61,563 nucleotides of DNA, from contig JAAOMT010000275.1 of assembly GCA_016748015.1 (NCBI GenBank), forward strand, positions 385,124 to 446,686, written 5' to 3'. Position 1 is the stretch's first letter. Each line of letters begins with the position of its first letter. Positions 27,610 through 41,447 of this stretch are shown piece by piece. The stretch comes from Geosiphon pyriformis uo1. Its lineage: Eukaryota > Fungi > Glomeromycota. The translations under genes were made by a program, and so were the position numbers. The notes under the pieces were generated by a model. The model searched no databases, had not been told where the DNA came from, and was given only the letters and a program-made list of their open reading frames with translations.

Positions 27610-27788
27610 TTTTTTATTATTATTATTTTTACGAGTGAGGCCCAAACTAAGTGATCTAGCTAGGCGCAAATCATGCATTTTCTACACGTGACCAGCCACT
27701 CAGGCCAATCAGAGCAACACTATGAATCTATCTTAACAGAAACCACACAATCAGTACCAGAAAAAAAGCTGCGAAGCTTACGAGAACC
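27610..27788 (-). mobile_element. 5'-truncated LINE insertion (last ~23 codons of ORF2 + 3' UTR + (TAA)n tail) with 9-bp TSD
   Basis: Minus strand GSRKLRSFFSGTDCVVSVKIDS* matches the ORF2 end GFCKSCLFFSGIGNLVSVNIDV*. UTR motif gagtggctggtcacgtgtagaaa is present. AATTCAGTA flanks both sides (27601-27609, 27789-27797). Confidence 0.9.
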
Positions 27789-28479
27789 AATTCAGTAAAT
27801 TATCTAATTTTTACAATTTTAGTTTTAAAATTTTAAATAATTAAAAATAGTATTTTATAATTATAGAATTGCAATTTAAAGCAAATATTAAAATAAAATA
27901 ATAATTTAATTATAATTAATTATAATATATATTATTTTTAAGTAAATTTATATTTTTATAAATTTTATTATAATTAAACATTTAAGTAATTGGTTGTACA
28001 TAATTTGTATACAATTTATATTTAACATATAAAAATTATATTATGCAGAAAAAATTAAAAATTATATTATATTATTAGCAGAAAATTTTAAACATAATTA
28101 ATTTTGATTTAATTTTAAATAATTAAAATAAAAGCTAATTTTAAATTAAAAAAATAATTAGAATAAAAAAAACTTAAAATATAATTTAATTATTTAAATA
28201 CAACAAAATATACTATATTTTAAATATTTTTTATATATAGTTAATTAATTAAATTATGTTAAAATTAAATTATATTAAACATTTTTTAATTTGTAAAAAT
28301 TTATTAATATACATATATATAACCTAAAATGTATTAATTTAATTATAAAATTTTAGCCAAATTAATTACAATTAAAATTAAGTTCTAGATTTTTTTAAAA
28401 AAAATATTTTTTAATTTTATATTAAATAAATTAATATAAGCAATTTAACAAAACTTTTATTAAAATTAAAAAAACTTCT

Positions 28480-30420
28480 TTGTAAACAAAATCAAATATT
28501 TTAAATTTTAGTATTTATAATATTAATAGTTAGAAAATTTTTATTCTTGAAAACTAAACTAATTAATTATATAGTAATTTTATTTATATTAAATTTAATA
28601 TTAAAAATTTAAATCTTTCAAAATATTATTATTTTAACAAAAAAACAAAAAACCAATAAATTTAATGATAAATTTAACTAATAATATTAATTTAACTAAC
28701 TTAAATTCCAAAAAAGCCAATTTAAAGTCAATTATAAAATTAATAATAATAATAATAACAAGTAAAAAAAACCAAAGAAACAACAGTTTTAATATTAAAA
28801 TTTAATAAAGCAAAATTCAAAAATTTTAAAGCCAATAACAAATTTAAGTAAAGATTTTTTTATAAAAAATAAAAATATCTTGTAATTAAAAATTAAATAA
28901 TTTAAATTTTAATACTTAAAATAACATTAACATTTAGAAAAATTTTACCAAATTTAATTCTTTTTAAAATACTAATTTTAATAATAATAATATTTAAATT
29001 AGTTTAAAAATCAAAGATAATAACATATTTAATTATTAAAAAAAAATCAAAAAAATCAAAATATAATTACAAATTTAAAAAACCAATTTATTAATTTTAA
29101 ATATATTATAATCAAAAAAAGTTTATTAAATATATTATAAAAAGCAATTATTATGTTTTAATTAAAAAAATTATTATCTTTTATTATCAAAATTAATCAA
29201 TAAAAACAATTTTAATAGCTTCAATATTTTAAAATACATAATAATATATTTTTATTAACTAATAAATTTTAAATTAATTTTAAAAATCTTATTAAAAATA
29301 TATTATACAAAGTAATAATAGCAAAAATAAAAATAAAAACAAATATTACAAAAAATTTTACAATTTTAAAAGTTAAAAAAAAGTAAATTAACAAACTTAA
29401 TATATATAACAATATTTAAAAAAATTTAAAATGTAAACTTTACATAAAACAACTTAATATTATTTTTAAAAACTGATTTTATATTAATAAAAGTTTATAT
29501 AAATTAAAAACAGTTTTAATATAAACCAACTTAATTTTAAAAAAATATTAAATATTAAAATAAAAGCTATTTACTTAAAAAATAAATAATTGTTTTTTAA
29601 GTATTATTAAAAGTAATATTATTAAAAAACAAAAAAAAATAGCTTTAGTTTTTATTTGGTTTATTTAATTTTTAAAAATAAGCAACTTAATATATTAATT
29701 AAAAAAAATTATATATAAAACATAATTTGTTTTGTTTTAAAATTGGCAAAAATTATTAAAAATAATATATTAAACAATACAACCAAAACTAATCTAAACT
29801 AAATATATTAATTTAATTTTATTGTTATTATTTAAAATAATTTTATTTATTTATAATTACAATAAAATTAAGTATTATAATTGGTATAAATAATATAAAA
29901 TTAACAAAAAACCAAAAAAACCAATTTTTTTTTATAAAAAGTTAAAAAGTTGTTTTTTAACAGTTTTAATTTTTTAATTATTTAAATAACAGTAAAAAAA
30001 AACATGAAAAAAAATAATTTAATTATTAGCTTTTATTAAATATTTTAAAATATTAAAAATAATTATTATTATATTAAAACTGTTTTAAATAAATTTTTTA
30101 AAAAAACTTTTAAAAATAAAGTTTTTAATTAAAAAACAAAATAATGTTTTAAAATAACAAAAAACTGGTTTTTAACTATTTTATTTTAAAAAATATTTTT
30201 ATAAAGTATTATTAAATAATTTTGCATGAGTTATACTTAATATTGAAGTTTATATAATTTATAGTCTTAGGAAGTAGTTGGATTACACTCATTAAACACT
30301 TAAAAAAAAAAAATTTAAAAATTATAAATATTTTATTAATAAAAATATCACTAATTGTTTTAAAAAATAAAAATATTGCAATTTTTTATTCTTTGTTTTA
30401 GTTATAATTATAAAAAAGAT
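28480..30420 (-). mobile_element. Extremely AT-decayed copy of the ORF1-only family (copy E)
   Basis: Colinear remnants such as aaacagttttaatataaaccaacttaattttaaaa (~29510-29540) match acagtcttaatataagccaatttgattttaaaa in copy C; 5'-end-like sequence near 30400. Confidence 0.55.
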
Positions 30421-33400
30421 AAAAAAAAATTTTAATATTAATAATTAATATTAATAATTAATATTAATAAATAATATAATAAAATATAATAATAATAAAA
30501 TTTGTTTTAATTTTATAAAATTAGTTAGTTTTTAAAATAATCAATATTATTATATTATTAAAAAACTTTTTTTCTATAAATTTAATATATAATTTAATTA
30601 TTATTTAATATTATAAATTAAGCTAAATAACTTAAATTAAATATAATTTATATATTTTTTTATATGTAACTAAATACAAATTTAATTAAATTATATTATA
30701 TTAAATTTATAGAAAAAAACTTAATTTAAAATATATTATTGTTATAATAATAATATTTATTTATTTAGTAATTTTATTTAACTTAATATTATTTGATTAA
30801 TATTATTAAAAAACCAATGATTAAGTATAAGTATTATTATTCAAAATATTATTAAAATCATTTATATAGCCAGTATTATCAATAGAATTTTAGCCATTAA
30901 TTAACATAAAATTACTCTTATAATTTTTATTATTAATTAGTATATATTATTATTATTTTAATTATTACTTATTATTTAATCAAATTATCAAATATTATTA
31001 TCTAATTAATAATCTAATTTATATAATATACAAAATTCTATAACATTTAAAAATCTGCCAAAATTTGCAAAAATTCATAAAATATCTTAATAGTTTACTA
31101 AAATTATTTATAGTTTATAGAAATAACTTATAGTTTATCAAAATATATCTTTAGTTTGTCAAAATTATAGCAAAAAAAAAGTTTAAGTTTATAGATTAGT
31201 ACTACAACAAATTGTATAAAAAAAAAGCTTTTTTTTTCGAGAAAATATTTCTAAATTAAAATCAATTATCTTTTATATATCTTTACAAAAAGTAATAAAC
31301 ATAAAATATTTCAAAAAATCCAAATTTTTTAACTATTTACACTTAAAATTTTCTAAAATTCAACTAAAATTTTAAAATTGATTAGTTACCAATTTTAGTA
31401 ATTTATTAATGATTCTAAGCTTAAACAGAAAATAATTATCTTAAACAAATTTTTTTTTTACAATTTTTTTATTTTTTATTTTTTTATTATTATAATTATT
31501 AAAGTAATCTATAGACAAGATTTCTGTAGAAAAGTTAACTTTTATAGCAAAGTAACTACATAATTTTAGTAAGCTTTTTGATAAGTATTTTTTGAAAAAA
31601 AATTAACTTTTATTGCAAAGTAACTATATAAGTAACTGGTATAGAATTAGTCATTCTACTTATAAGCTCAACAACTTAAATTATAAAAAATAATTTGAAG
31701 ATAAATTCAGTTATTAGAGATTTACTAGCTTCTAATAATTAAAAATTAACAACAAAACAACTACAATAATATTCAAAAAAAAAGACCAAATACTTTTAGT
31801 AATACCAATTTTAATTTTAATTTTAATTTTAATTAGTTTTTTGCTAATTTTATTTAAAAATTTATTAAAAATAAATATTTTACTTTAAACTAAAATAATT
31901 ATATTTTTTAATTTATCATATAAAACAAAAAATGTTTAATAAATAATAACCAAAATAATTAATAAAACTAATTAATTTAACAACAAATTTAATCAAATCA
32001 ATTAAACTTAAAATTTAAGATTTTAAAAAATTTAACTTAAATTTAATTATAAAATTAACAACAAAAACAGACAAAAATACAATAATAATAAAAATTTAAA
32101 AAACAAAAACATTAACATAGGACTTTATATTAATAAATAATAAAACAAAAAATTCAGAACTAATAACAACTTAAAAAAATCTAAAAAAAATAATAATAAT
32201 ATCTTATAATCTAAAAACAAATAATTTAAATTTTAATATTTATAGCAATATTAAATTTTAAAAGTTTTTTATTAAATATAATATTTATTTAAAATACTAG
32301 TTTTTATAATAACTAAATTTATAGTTTTTAAAGACTTAAAAATTACAACAACAAAATATTAATAACAATAAAAAATAAAAAAATAAAAATATGTATAGCT
32401 ATTATTATCAAAAATTTTTATGGTTTTTAATACAAAAATTACAACAATATACTATGAAAATTATTATTAAAATTATGTATAAAAGACTTATATCATTATG
32501 TTTAATTAATAAAATTAGCCAGCAAATAAAAAATAAAAAATTAATAATCAGCTCAATAATAACAAAAAAATATAATACAATTTAATTATTTAACTAAATT
32601 AAATACAAAAATTTTTTGGCAAATTAAAAAATACCAATAAAAATTAAAAATTAATATATGTAATTTAATAATATTAGATTTTATTATATTTAAGATTTTT
32701 ATAAGCTTTTATTTATGTAATTTAAAATTTCAGATTTGTAATTATTATTCAGAAATAATTACCAAAAAATATAATTAATTAATCTATGTTTGATTATATT
32801 AATTATAATTATAATTAATATTAATAATATGTAATTATAATTTTAAATTTGGTAATTTAAATCTAATTATTTAAATCTAATTATTTAAATTACTAGTTTT
32901 TAGTAAAATAATATGTTAAGTAAGTTTATAACTAAATTTATTAATATACCTAAAATAGTTTTAATATAATAGATTTTATGTAATTTAAATATATATACAA
33001 TTTTTTTGTAAACTAAAAAAATATTAATTTTATACTAAACCAATTTTTTTTTATAATTTTATAATAAGCAATTAGTTATTTTTATATATACATATATATT
33101 TTAAAAGACTAAATACTTTTTATTAACATTTAAAATATATTATATATTTATTATTAGCTTTTTAAATTTTTTATTATTTTTTAATTTTTAAATGTATATT
33201 ATCAATATTTTATGTTATGTTTTATTTTATCAAATAAGTTATTAATTTATAATCTGATTTTGTCTTTGTTATAATATTGATTAAGTAATAAAAAGTATTA
33301 TATTATTAAAAATTTGGTCTTAATAATAGTGTTTTAATTAATTAAATATTTTAGTTATATTTTTTTTATGAATTTTTTTATAATTTTTTTATTTTTATTT

Positions 33401-33719
33401 TCAAAATAAATTTTTAAACACCACATATTTTCGACAATTACTTGAAAAAATTCTGGTTTACTTTGGTTAAATAGTTTGTTTTTTAGGTTTAATTTGCTTT
33501 TTGTAATTTAAATATGTATTTAATTTTTTTTTATAAAACTTATATTAAGACTGGTTTTTATCTAAAAATAAATAATAATAATAATTTTTTTTTTACTTTA
33601 AAAATTTATTTAACACCTTTTTACTTTTCTAAATATTAAAATAATTCATATAACAATATATATATTATAATTAATAGTTCTATATATATGGTCGTATATA
33701 TTGTTAAAAAAATATATTA

Positions 33720-34640
33720 TCATTGTTAAAAAAGTTCTCAAATCTATGTTTTTTTTCTAGTAATATTACTAACTTAAAAAATCAAATTATTAATTTCAAA
33801 GACAATATAATTAAAAAAAAATTAACTAATTTAATATTAAATATGTCTTTTAAAATAATAATTTTTTTGATTAAACAGAAAAAAAATTTTAATATTATTT
33901 TTTTTAATTAGTACAAATTAATAAAAAAAAACAATAATAGTAAAAAAAAGTTTTAAAATAAACAATAATAAATTTTAATTTAACTAAAGTAATAATACCA
34001 AAAACATCAAAACCATTTTTAATATTATTAAAAAATATATTAAAAAAAACATTACAAAGTACAAAAAAAAACAGAAAAAAAAACCAAAAGTTATTATAAA
34101 AAACTTTACAATTTTAAATATGATCAAAAAAAATTACCAATAATAATTTTGGTAATAGCAACTAAAAAAACATTAAAAACAAAAGTTATACAAAACAATT
34201 TAATATTGTCTTTTGAAAAAAATTTAAGTTTAATAAAATAAAACAATAAATAAAACAAAAAATTAATTAAAACCAATTTAAACACTAAGTATTAAAATAA
34301 AAACTATTTATTTAGAAAATTTTTAACAATTAAAAATTGTTTTTCAAATATTATTAAAAATAATACCAAAAAACAAAGAAAAAAAAGTTGGTTTAATTTC
34401 TATTTAATTAATTTAATTTTTAAGATTAAATAATTTAATAGACTGTTTTGCTTTTAAAATTAATAATAATCTATTATAAAAACCATATTTGGTAATACAA
34501 TCTATAATTAATCTTAGTTTATCTTAAAAAATATGTTGTTAATATTAATGTTTATATTAAAAAGAAAACTAATTACTATTAAAGAAATTTTATCCAAAAT
34601 TTTATTTAAAAATACAAAAAAATTTAATATAACAATAACA
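33720..34640 (-). mobile_element. Decayed internal fragment of the ORF1-only family (copy F)
   Basis: 34370-34640 aligns by eye with 18475-18770 (copy A) and 44100-44360 (copy G). Confidence 0.65.
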
Positions 34641-34969
34641 AATATAAATAATTGTTGTTTAGAAGTCTAATAAATCAAATTAAACTGAATTTTAAATACT
34701 GTTTGAGTCTGGTTTAAAGTTTATAAACTTGTTTAAACTCAATAATCAATTAAAAAGATATATAAAATTATGTATATATAACAATTTTTTTAAAATTTAA
34801 TAATTTAAATAGTCTAAATATTAAAAACTTTTTTCTCTCCTTCGTCTAAAATTCCCAAAAAAGAGTCAGAAAGTTTTTTGAAAAAGAAGTTATTTTCACA
34901 ATTCAGTATGATAAATCTAAATCTTTTATTCTTGACTACGAGGCCACTGTTGGCTGTAGTATTGCTGTT

Positions 34970-36790
34970 ATGAAAAAGACTGCTAAAGTTTCTGGCTCTA
35001 ATAATAGCTTCAAATCTGTTCTTCCAAGAAAGAAGAGAAGAAGTGGTGCTCTAAAAGATAGTTCTGGTAATAAGGTTGTTGGTACTAAGGTTCAGAATAG
35101 TTGTTCATGGGGTTCAGAAACCGGCAATACCACTGAGTCCGATAGTATTGATATAAAGGAAGAATGTCTGGTGGAAAAAACTAGCTTCAGGCAAGAAAGC
35201 GGGGAAGAGTCTGGTGGTATTAATACTGATATGACACCTAAGGGTCCCAAAAGAATTGTTACCAAGCATACTCTTGGGAAGCCTCTTGGCACTATTGACT
35301 TCAGCATGGAAAATGATGATGATGATAATATTTTGGATGAGTCACTCTCTCTCTCTTCCTCTCTCTCTCTTCCTCTCTCTCTCTTAAACATATGGTACAG
35401 GTCTCAGTCAGGAAATTTTTTGCTCTAGATATTGATCTTGAAGTAGTTGCTGACAAGTTATCTCAAGAGAAACTAGCTTATGTCAGAAAAATTTTTTCTG
35501 GTGTGAATGGTTTTGGGGGAGTCTCTACCCTCTCAAAATTTGGTGGTATTATTTGGGCGTTTTTCACTTCTGAAAAGGTGATAATGGTGGCGGCAAAAAT
35601 GGCAAATGATCATGGTGTTGTGGTAAACACCAATCTCAAGCGCCCTGGCGACAATCATACAAATCAGGCCATTGTGTTGAAGGAAATTCTGGTGGGAACT
35701 TCTGTGGAGGCTGTGCATGCTGCAGTGTCTGAATTTGAGAAAATTAAGACGATCAAAATGCAGTTGGTGGGTTTGTGGTAGAAAATGATCATTGAATTAG
35801 AAGATCAAACACAGGCTGATTTATTGACTTCTAAGTGGTCCATTCTCATTGGGAAAGATGTGGTTTGTGTGGCCAGGGCTGATATTGACAAACAATCATG
35901 AGATGCCAAGGATAGTTTTAGGGCTTTGCTACATACTCTCCCCATGGAAACCACAGCTCATGATTTGTGAGACTTTATTGGTTTTATTGGTGAGAAAACT
36001 TGCTTCATTGATCGCAATTCCTCAAATTATTCTTGTGCCCATTGCACCTCTATGTGTTTTGGTTCTGAATTGGATCTGGTTAATGCAATGGCAGTGACTC
36101 TGGTTATAAAGGGTGTTGGTCTCTGCTGGTCTCGTCTTTCTTTGGCATTGTGTGTGGTTTGCAAGAATTTTAGTCATACGTCTCTTAGTTGTAGGTTTGT
36201 CAAGGATGTTACAGTTCTGAATGGCAGAAGGACTGCCCTTTTGGCGTAGGACCAGCTCAGGCTGGCGAAGATTTACACAAAGAAATCTGCTCCCATCTCC
36301 TGTCCCCTGACATTTGGTAATAAAACTTGGGCGTCAGTTGTTAGTGCTTTTTTCACTCCCTCCCCCCTCTAGTAGCAAGTCACAATTTGGTTTCATTATT
36401 AATGGTGAACCTTTCCCTTCTGTTGTAGATAAATTGGAAGAACGTCTAGTCAGTATTGAAAGCAGTCTCATCAGTCTCACAGGACAAATTGGTAAGTTGG
36501 CTAAGAGGTTGGATTTACTTGTGCCAGTAGTTTCCCAGCCTAGCCCTGAATGTTAGCTGCTGGTGACCCCCTTATCACAGAATCCGGAGGGTGATATAGT
36601 GATGGAAGTGGCTTCGGGTAAGACCACTAGTGATAAAACTGCTGCAATTGTGGACTCATCGGTGTCCCCCCAAGTTACCAGGTTAGAAAATATGTTGGAA
36701 GGACTCTCCAAATCTGTGTTAAGCTTGTCTGCTTATTTTGAAAGTTTGGTTTTGGCTGGTGGTGCAAACTCTTGACTCTCTTCTTAATGA
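34970..36790 (+). pseudogene. LINE ORF1 (RRM-like segments, CCHC knuckle, C-terminal coiled coil), disrupted
   Basis: AIVLKEILVGTSVEAVHAAVSEFEKI, RALLHTLPMETTAHDL, CVVCKNFSHTSLSC, LEERLVSIESSLISLTGQIGKLAKRLD; contains stops and frameshifts. Confidence 0.8.
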
Positions 36791-39700
36791 GTGAGCTCGT
36801 TTGGAAGGTCATTACATGCAATGTTAGAGGAATGACCAATCCTGCAAAACAGAATGACATTATTCATTGGCACAATGACATGAACAATTTGATTTCAATT
36901 TTTACAGAAACAAAATTAAAGGGGAGAGTTTGCCCCTGGATTGTTAACAAATTTGATGGTGTAAGGGTGTTTACATCTGGCTTGGATTCTGGTTATCTGG
37001 GTGCCAGTGTTGTGATCATTGTGAATTCTTCTTTTGCAAGACATGTGTGCAAGATTTCTGAAGTGCCTGGCCAGCTCCTATCTATCAAGTTGCTGTTCAA
37101 GAATAAACTTTTGGTATCAATTTTGGGGCTTTATGCAGACACTTCATTGGTGGTTTGGTTTTCTCAGACTGATAAGGTTAACTCTTTCATTACAAAGGCT
37201 GTTAATGAATCTTCTTTCATCATTCTTGGGGGTGATTTCAATGAAAATGGTTTGTGTAAAAGTGCAAGTTTTAAGAAGTGCCTCAATTTGGGGCTAGTCA
37301 ACTCTCTGTCAGGTAGTTTAGTTGCGAAAAGTCTTATGTGGGAGAATTCAAGAGGTGTGAAGAAGACTATTGATTACATGTTTGTTTCCTCAAGTCTGGT
37401 CAGTGTGATTGTTCATCATGATGTTTTGGAGGTTGGCGAACATTATAACATGGATCACCAGGCTGTTTTTGTGTCCATAGGTCTGGGTGGGCTTTTGGAT
37501 GCACAGTTGAATTCTCTTTGAAAACAGGCAAATAAGGATTATTGAAAGTTTGATTTTAAGGGTGCTGATAGAATTAGATGAAACAATTTTAAAGATGCCA
37601 CATTGGCCAATGCTACGATGTTCTCAGATGAGTTCACCACCTTCGTACAGTTTTTGGACTTGGATGTAATGTGGAACATTGTTTGCAAGATATTGGTTCT
37701 TTCAGCTAGTGAAGTGTTTAAAAAAAAGTGGTTCAAGGGCTTTGATAATGTTTTTACCAAGAAATCTTTGAAATTTCACAAATTAGAGCTTTTGGTTTCC
37801 AAGATTGTCAAGGCCTCACATGAGGAGTGTGTTGCAAATTTTGAGTCTTTTATGGGATGTTGGGTTTTTTTGGATGATGTTAGGGCTTTGGTTGTGCAGG
37901 GTTTGGTGGATTCTGATGTTGGTGCTAATGATGTTTGTTTTGCTCTCTTTGGTGCTAGGAAATCTTATCGCACATCCAAGCTTGCTAAGTCTTTGAGGGC
38001 TAAAGAAGCAAACATCAGGTCTGCTATAGATAAGAAGATGGAGAATTTTGAGGTAGATAAAGATTACACAATCAGAAGCATGCTGGAACGACCCTTCCAC
38101 AAGGTGGTTTTGGATCATTTGGTCATGGGTAACAAGTTAATTCTTAAGCCTGATTTGGTAAAATCTAATGTTGACAATATTATGGAAAGATGAACCAGAA
38201 AGCGGTTGGTGGTTGATGATGTCTCTGATGTTTGGTCTCGTCAGTACCAACTTTTGGACTACATTTTTAATGAGGCTTTCTCTGGGGTGATGTGTGCTAT
38301 TGATTTTGACAAGTTGCATTATGTGGTCTCTAATCTGTCTAATGGCAAAACTGCTGGTTTTTTAGGTATCTCTAATGAACTATAGAAACATTGTGATAAA
38401 TCAGTTTTGGGTTTGCTTCTGGTCTTGTTGAATTTTTGTCTATCTTGTGAGTCAATACCTGGTCCTTAGAGGGAGGCTTGGGTTTCAATAATTCCCAAGC
38501 CCTATGAATGGGAGAGTGTTCTCACAAATACTTATCCTATTGCTTTGATCAAAACTGCCTGCAAAATTCTCTCCAAGATTCTTTCGAACAGGATTTCACT
38601 GGCTTGCAGCTCTCATAATGTCCTACATGGTGACAATTTTTCAGTTTTAAAGAGTACAGCAATTCAGTCACCTATTTTTGCTATTGGTTCAGTTGTTGAA
38701 AATGCTCTGGAGAAAAACCGGAAGCTCTGGTTGGTTTTACAGGACATATGAAAAGCTTACAATTCAGTTGGCTGGAAACACCTTGAGAAGAGTTTGGTCA
38801 GAATTAAGATGTGCAGTAAATTTATTCAGTTTTTTGGCAGTATTCATAAGAATTGCACCAACTGTGTGATGACAGATTTTGGTTTGATGGATGGCTATTA
38901 TGTGCACAATGGTCTGGATCAAGAAGAGGTTTTTTCCTCACTTCTGTGGCATATATTTTATGATTCTCTATTGTGTAAAGTCAAGGAAGTATGTGTAGAT
39001 ATAGATTGAATTCTCATTTTGTGTCTAAAAATGGTTATATCGAATCTCAGGCTGGGCTGTCTTCCTTTTTTGCTGCTGGTGCTTTTGTTAATAATACAAT
39101 CTGGGTTGGTAGCAGTCAAAGTGCTACTCAACATATTCTCAATATAGCTGGCAAATTTTTTCATATTAATAATATTTCAATCAATAACGACAAGACAGTG
39201 GCAATTCTCATCAATAGTAAGGTCATCAATCTTTTTCTCTCTATCAGTGGCTTGCCAATCTCCATTGCCAAAAGGGGTGAATTTTATCAGTACTTGGGTA
39301 TTTTTCTCTCAACTGAGGGTCTTTCGAAGCCTAGTTTGGCTAAGACAAATTCAGATGTTCATTTTTTTACTAATCTGGTCTTGAGGAAGGTGGTTTCAGA
39401 TAAACAATTTTTGTATCTGGTGTTGGCAGTCCTTTATCCTATAATCAGCTATAGAATGCAGTTCAGCTTGGTTCCTGTTGGCATGTGCAACAAATGGGAC
39501 ACTCTGGTTTGCAAATGTTTGAAACTTAAATCTGGTCTCCTGCAGGATTTTCTTAGTGATACAATCTACCATCCTTCTTTTTATGGTTTAAAGTCTTTTT
39601 CACAGTGTCAGTTAGAAAGTAAGATTGCTTTACTTATCAGTTTTGCAAACTCTATCGGAATTTTGGGGCATATGTTCAGTCACAGGTCTCATGACTTGCA

Positions 39701-41447
39701 AGTTCTGTGCTGGCAGTCTATCCATTCCTTGATTTCTCCTGTTCGCATTTGTGTTAGTGTTTCTAATAATTTCTTGGCTGGTGTGGTTTCCATCCTTCTT
39801 AACTGCAAGCTGTCTTTGGGTGGTTCTTTGGCCAGTGCTTTTCAGTTTTGCAGTGGGGTTTCTATGTCTGTTGTTCTTAGCAAGTCTTTGTTTTTCAAGT
39901 TTTTGCCATCCCTTTGGCGTTATGATGTTGCCTTCATGAACCAGCTTCAGAATTGCTATGGTAGTGTCTTTAGCTGGCTTACTTTTAAGCGATGGAAGAG
40001 GCTGGATCCTCGTGGTCCAGTCCCTGAGTGGTTTGAATGTTCTGTCAAGTTTCTTGTGGCCTCCCATTTTTCTCCCTCAGTTTTGGTTGGTGTTAGTCCT
40101 GTTAACATTTGTGGTTCTGATAATTTTGTGTCTATATGTGATTGTTTCTCTCGGGTTGATGCTGATTGTTTGTCTGTATATACAGATAGATCATTAAAAA
40201 ATTTGGGCATGACTGGTTGTAAGGCTGGGGCTGCTGCCTTTTTTGAAAACATTAACTTGGGTTTGGGTATTAGTGTTCGGGGTTTGATATCATCTACTTT
40301 GGCAGAATTGCAGGCTATAGTGTTGGCTCTAGAGTGTATATCTGTGGCTCATTCTGTTTGTCTGTTTTCAGACAGTTAGGCAGCCTTGGATGCTTGCATG
40401 TCAGAGGTTGACTTGGTGTATCCTGACTTTCACAATCAGTGCTGGGTCGAGTGCTGGCATATTAGGAATGTTATTCACAGTAAAAATTTAAGAGTCAGCT
40501 GGCACAAAGTTAAGGGCCACTCTGGTGTATCGGGGAATGATCGAGCTGACAGCATTGCTGACGCTGCGACTCTTTATAATTGGTTTCTCTTTTCTCGCAT
40601 TGATGAACATTTTTTGTTGGCAGATAATGGTATTGTGTCTGGTATTTCTAGACACTTTGTTCAAGACGTTTTTCATGCTGTTTGTTGAGTGTGTTGGGAG
40701 GTTGGTTCTGGTTCTGTGTTTTTACCTAGAGATTTGCACTTGGATGTTGATTGGCCTAGCTCTTCCAGAGTTTGGCATCCTGATTCACATATGGCAACAG
40801 GTTTCACCAACAGATGCACTGCTGACATTCATACTTACTTAATGAAGACTTTGCACTATCAGCTTCCTGTGGCTGTTTGAAAGTGTGTTTATGATAGATG
40901 TTACCCGAGTGTCTTGTGTCTGTATTGTGGTGATGTGGAGGTATTTGATCATGTGTTTTCTTGTGTAATTGATAATTCAGTTCATCGTCAGGTTTTGGAA
41001 TCCTGTATGTCTTCTTGGAAGACAATTTCTGGTTTTTCCATCCTTTCTTCTAATGTATTGCAGCTGCTGTTGACCTGTGCTTCAGATTTTCTGGTGTCCT
41101 CAGCTCTTTACAAGGGTTTTGTTTTCAGAGAATGGTTTCGGAAGACTGTTTCCATCTTCTATGATCCCAAGATTACTGGCGTTAAAATTACTGATTTTGT
41201 GCACTTCCTTTGTGTCGCTTTCAGAAATAATATTTGGTTGGTCCGTGCCAAGCATTGTGCATACATAGAAAAAAATGGCCTGATCCCAGTGAATGGCTCA
41301 ATTTCTGTCTTGGTTTTGAGATTCTCGGGTGGTATGGTTAAATTGCTTGGTATTGTTGAAGCTTTTGGCGTCCGTTTTGGTTTTTGCAAATCTTGTTTGT
41401 TTTTCTCAGGTATTGGTAACTTGGTTTCTGTTAATATAGATGTGTAG
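36787..41447 (+). pseudogene. LINE ORF2: APE endonuclease - reverse transcriptase - RNase H - C-terminal CCHC, disrupted
   Basis: APE: ITCNVRG, FTETKL, LGGDFN, TIDYMF, MDHQAV. RT: IPKP, YPIALI, LQDI*KAYNSV, GLDQEEVFSSLLW, AFVNN (ex-FVDD). RNase H: VYTDRS, LAELQAI, FSDS, WHKVKGHSGVSGNDRAD. Zinc finger: CLYCGDVEVFDHVFSC. Confidence 0.95.

Noticed and set aside
30700-33450. Possible additional LTR-element relic (direct repeat ttaacttttat.gcaaagtaacta at ~31534 and ~31603)
   Set aside because: Too decayed to identify termini, PBS or coding motifs with confidence.
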